A stretch of DNA of 36,496 bases from Octopus sinensis (Eukaryota): positions 1-36,496 of the forward strand of contig NW_021829894.1 of assembly GCF_006345805.1 (NCBI RefSeq), read 5' to 3'. The position numbers and the translations under genes were made by a program. The stretch's first letter is position 1. Every line of letters begins with the position of its first letter. The notes under the pieces were generated by a model. The model was not told the DNA's origin and did not search any database. It was given only the letters and a program-made list of their open reading frames with translations. Positions 33,945 through 36,496 of this stretch are shown here, piece after piece.

Positions 33945-34606
33945 TTATATTTTATCTTTTACTTGTTTTAGGCATTAGACTACGGCCATGCTGGGGTATC
34001 GCTTTGAAGAACTTTTAATCAAATGAATCGATTTCAGTACTTAATATTTAAAGCCTGGTAGTTATTCTATCAGTCTCTTTGGCCGAGTCGCTAAGTTATA
34101 CACCAACACCGGTTGACGTAAATGCACCAACACCAGTTGTTAAGCGATGGTGGGGAACAAACACAGACTCGCAAGCACACGAGCTCGCGCGCGCACACAT
34201 ACATACATATACGACGGGCTTCTTTCAGTTTCCGTCTACAAAATTCACTTACAAGCATTTGGTCGGCCCGATGATATAGTAAAAAACACTGCGCTAAGGT
34301 TCCACGCAGTGAGACTGAACCCAGAACCATGTGACTGGGAAGTAAGCGTCTTAACCACACAGCCACCGGATATCAGAGTCATCTTCTCTGGGTTTTTGTC
34401 TTTTATTCTTTTACTTGTTTCACTCATTTGACTGCGGCCATGCTGGAGCACAGCCTTTAGTCGAACAAATCAACTCCAGGACTTATTCTTTGTAAGCCTA
34501 GTATTTATTCTATCGGTCTCTTTTACCGAACCGCTAAGTTACTGGGACGTAAACACACCGACATCGGATATCAAGTGATGGTAGAGTGACAAGCACACAC
34601 ACACAT

Positions 34607-34673
<67 letters not shown>

Positions 34674-34820
34674 CCACGGGCTTCTTTTCAGTTTCCGTCC
34701 ACCAAATCTACTCACAAGGCTTCGGTCGACCCGAGGCTATAGTAGAAGACACTTGCCCAAAGTGCCGATTGAACTCGGAACCATGTGGTTAAAAGCAAGC
34801 TTTTTACCAAACAGCCACAC
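33945..34820 (-). mobile_element. Cluster of family 1 SINE pieces, mostly minus strand (intronic)
   Basis: Reverse complements of the head and tail of 8301-8708 (e.g. gactgcggccatgctggagcac, ggctatagtagaagacacttgccc). Confidence 0.75.
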
Positions 34821-35544
34821 CGTGTTTATAAATTGCAATACCTCTCCTTCTTGTGCTCTCTTTCACTCTTTCTATCTGCATGTGTATATTTCTGCGCGCG
34901 AATGCATGTATGTGGGTTATGAGCGGGTGTGTGTTTGCCTCGAATGCCAAGAGGTTCTCTTGCCAAAACAAGGCTGAATGTCTAGTGAGCTGTGCTAAAT
35001 CATCTGCATCCAAACAACTCCATTAAACTTTTCATTCCGATTACGATGTACCTACTTTCACAAGTGCCACATCAATTGACATATAAAAAATGGTTGTCAC
35101 GCAATTTTATACTATGGTTACCAGAGATTGGGATAATGGTGACAGAAAACTGGAAGTAAAAAAGAATTTTTTAGTTCCAGCTTAGTTCCAAGGAAATTAA
35201 GTATGCCTAATTATATACAACCTTAAGACCAATATTACTGACTAATTTACGATAAAAGAAGCAAAGTTTTCTTGTCAAATCAGTGTTGTCTTTGTTGGTG
35301 TCTGGTACTGAAGAGAAATAACGAGTTCGAAATTCATTCACCAATGCAATAGAAATTGCTCTAAACTGACTATGCTGTTTTATTGCGCTTGGATCTAAAG
35401 AAAGACTTTTCTTCACGACAAAATGTAGTCAAAGGTCTTTTCCGGTTAAAATATCTTTCATACTTGAACAAGATTTAAGCGCGTAAAATTCTATGTTTAT
35501 CTCGTGGTTTTAGATTAACTTTATTGTTGTTTCATTTCTGGTAG

Positions 35545-35678
35545 CGCGATCGCGTTCAACCATCTTAATGATACCAATTATTGGACAGTTGTAGCTGGTG
35601 AATACGACTTGAGGAAAAATGAAAGCTATGAACAGTTTAGAGCCGTCGAAAAAATCATCAGACATGAAAACTCTACAA
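35545..35678 (+). CDS. Next exon of the S1A serine protease (60s-90s loops)
   Basis: Acceptor ttgtttcatttctggtag|, donor |GTAAGT; 134 nt, phase 2 to 1, compatible with 33602 (AA+C = Asn); AIAFNHLNDTNYWTVVAGEYDLRKNESYEQFRAVEKIIRHENST fits the V.xGEH.L....EQ...V..II.H pattern. Confidence 0.9.
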
Positions 35679-35704
35679 GTAAGTTTTCTTTTTCTGTTTT
35701 CTAT

Positions 35705-35915
35705 TTAATTCCTTTAAATTTTGGCACAAGGCCAGCAAATTTTAAGGAAAGAAGCAAGTCGATTACATCCACCCATGTACTTCACTGGTACCTTATTTTA
35801 TAGTCTCCAAAATTACGAAAAGCGAGGTCAACCTAGGTGGTGGCACTTGAAATCAAAATTTATGCCGCTAAGCATTTCGTCCGGCGTATCAACGATTTTG
35901 ACAGCATGCCGCTTT
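35705..35915 (-). mobile_element. Family 2 SINE remnant (intronic)
   Basis: ttttggcacaaggccagc...tgccgctaagcatttcgtccggcg is the reverse complement of family 2. Confidence 0.7.
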
Positions 35916-36245
35916 TCTTTTAGTATCAACATTTTCGCAATATCCGTTCACAGAGAAAACCGATTAATTTTCTGAGTCAGTTAAGGGGAAATAAGTGCCT
36001 ATAACACTTTACAGAGCATCCAACAGTGGTGGGAAAAGAAGTGGAAGGGATTTTTAAACAGGTGGCTTAGCTTGAATGCTTACAAAAGTGGTTGGTCAGC
36101 TAAGGGCTACCAAAGTAAGAGGTGGGGTATCGAACCGGGTGGTTGTGGATTAAGTCTACCACCCACGAAGGCCATGGCGTCTCCTCAATGCACCGCCTCT
36201 GGAGTGATATTTTTAAAAATCCATTCCGAAATGGTGAATGGCAAT

Positions 36246-36496
36246 GTTGACTACAAGGCAAAATTGATCTCGAGTAAAAGTTGATCTCGAAACAATGTTG
36301 ATCTCGAGACAAAGTTGATCTCAGACAAAGTTGATTTCAAGACAAAGTTGATCTCGAGAAAAAGTTGATCTCGGGACAAAGTTGATTTTGAGACAAAGTT
36401 GATCTCGAGACAAAGTTGATCTCAGACAAAGTTGATCTCAGACAAAGTTGATTTCGAGAAAAAGTTGATCTCGAGACAAAGTTGATCTCGAGACAA
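36246..36496. repeat. 17-bp minisatellite (GACAAAGTTGATCTCGA)n, at least 14 units, running off the window
   Basis: TTGAT recurs at 36264, 36281, 36298, 36315, 36331, 36348, 36365, 36382, 36399, 36416, 36432, 36448, 36465 and 36482; 16-nt variants present. Confidence 0.95.

Noticed and set aside
35207-35416. Minus-strand 69-aa ORF, and a plus-strand CTGAAGA-GAA..TTC-GAAA hammerhead-like core near 35307
   Set aside because: The ORF has no motif I can support; the core lacks a stem I in any topology

Overview
Repeat-saturated, AT-rich animal genomic DNA, most likely octopus (inferred from the SINE families and extreme microsatellite density). Most ORFs in the track are microsatellite or antisense noise. 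One host gene is supported, and the ORF track misses it: two phase-compatible + strand exons (33401-33602, 35545-35678) of a chymotrypsin-family (S1A) serine protease, with a furin-type RQKR/VIGG activation site and the His57 motif SAAHC. Its 5' exon(s) are uncertain and its 3' exons lie beyond the window. The rest is retroelement terrain. A near-intact L1/Tx1-clade LINE (9668-13722) and four shorter relatives all abut (TATC)n. Two R4/Dong-clade LINEs (about 26865-30522 and 30657-33125) end in (TAA)n, and there are further fragments of these families. Penelope-like fold-back elements occur, one carrying a minimal hammerhead ribozyme with a compensatory U3-A8 core in both arms. There are also many tRNA-derived SINEs (two as ~183-bp tandem arrays), a hAT MITE with an 8-bp TSD, a CR1/L2 3' end and a 17-bp minisatellite at the right edge. 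Coordinates were read by eye and no database searches were run.
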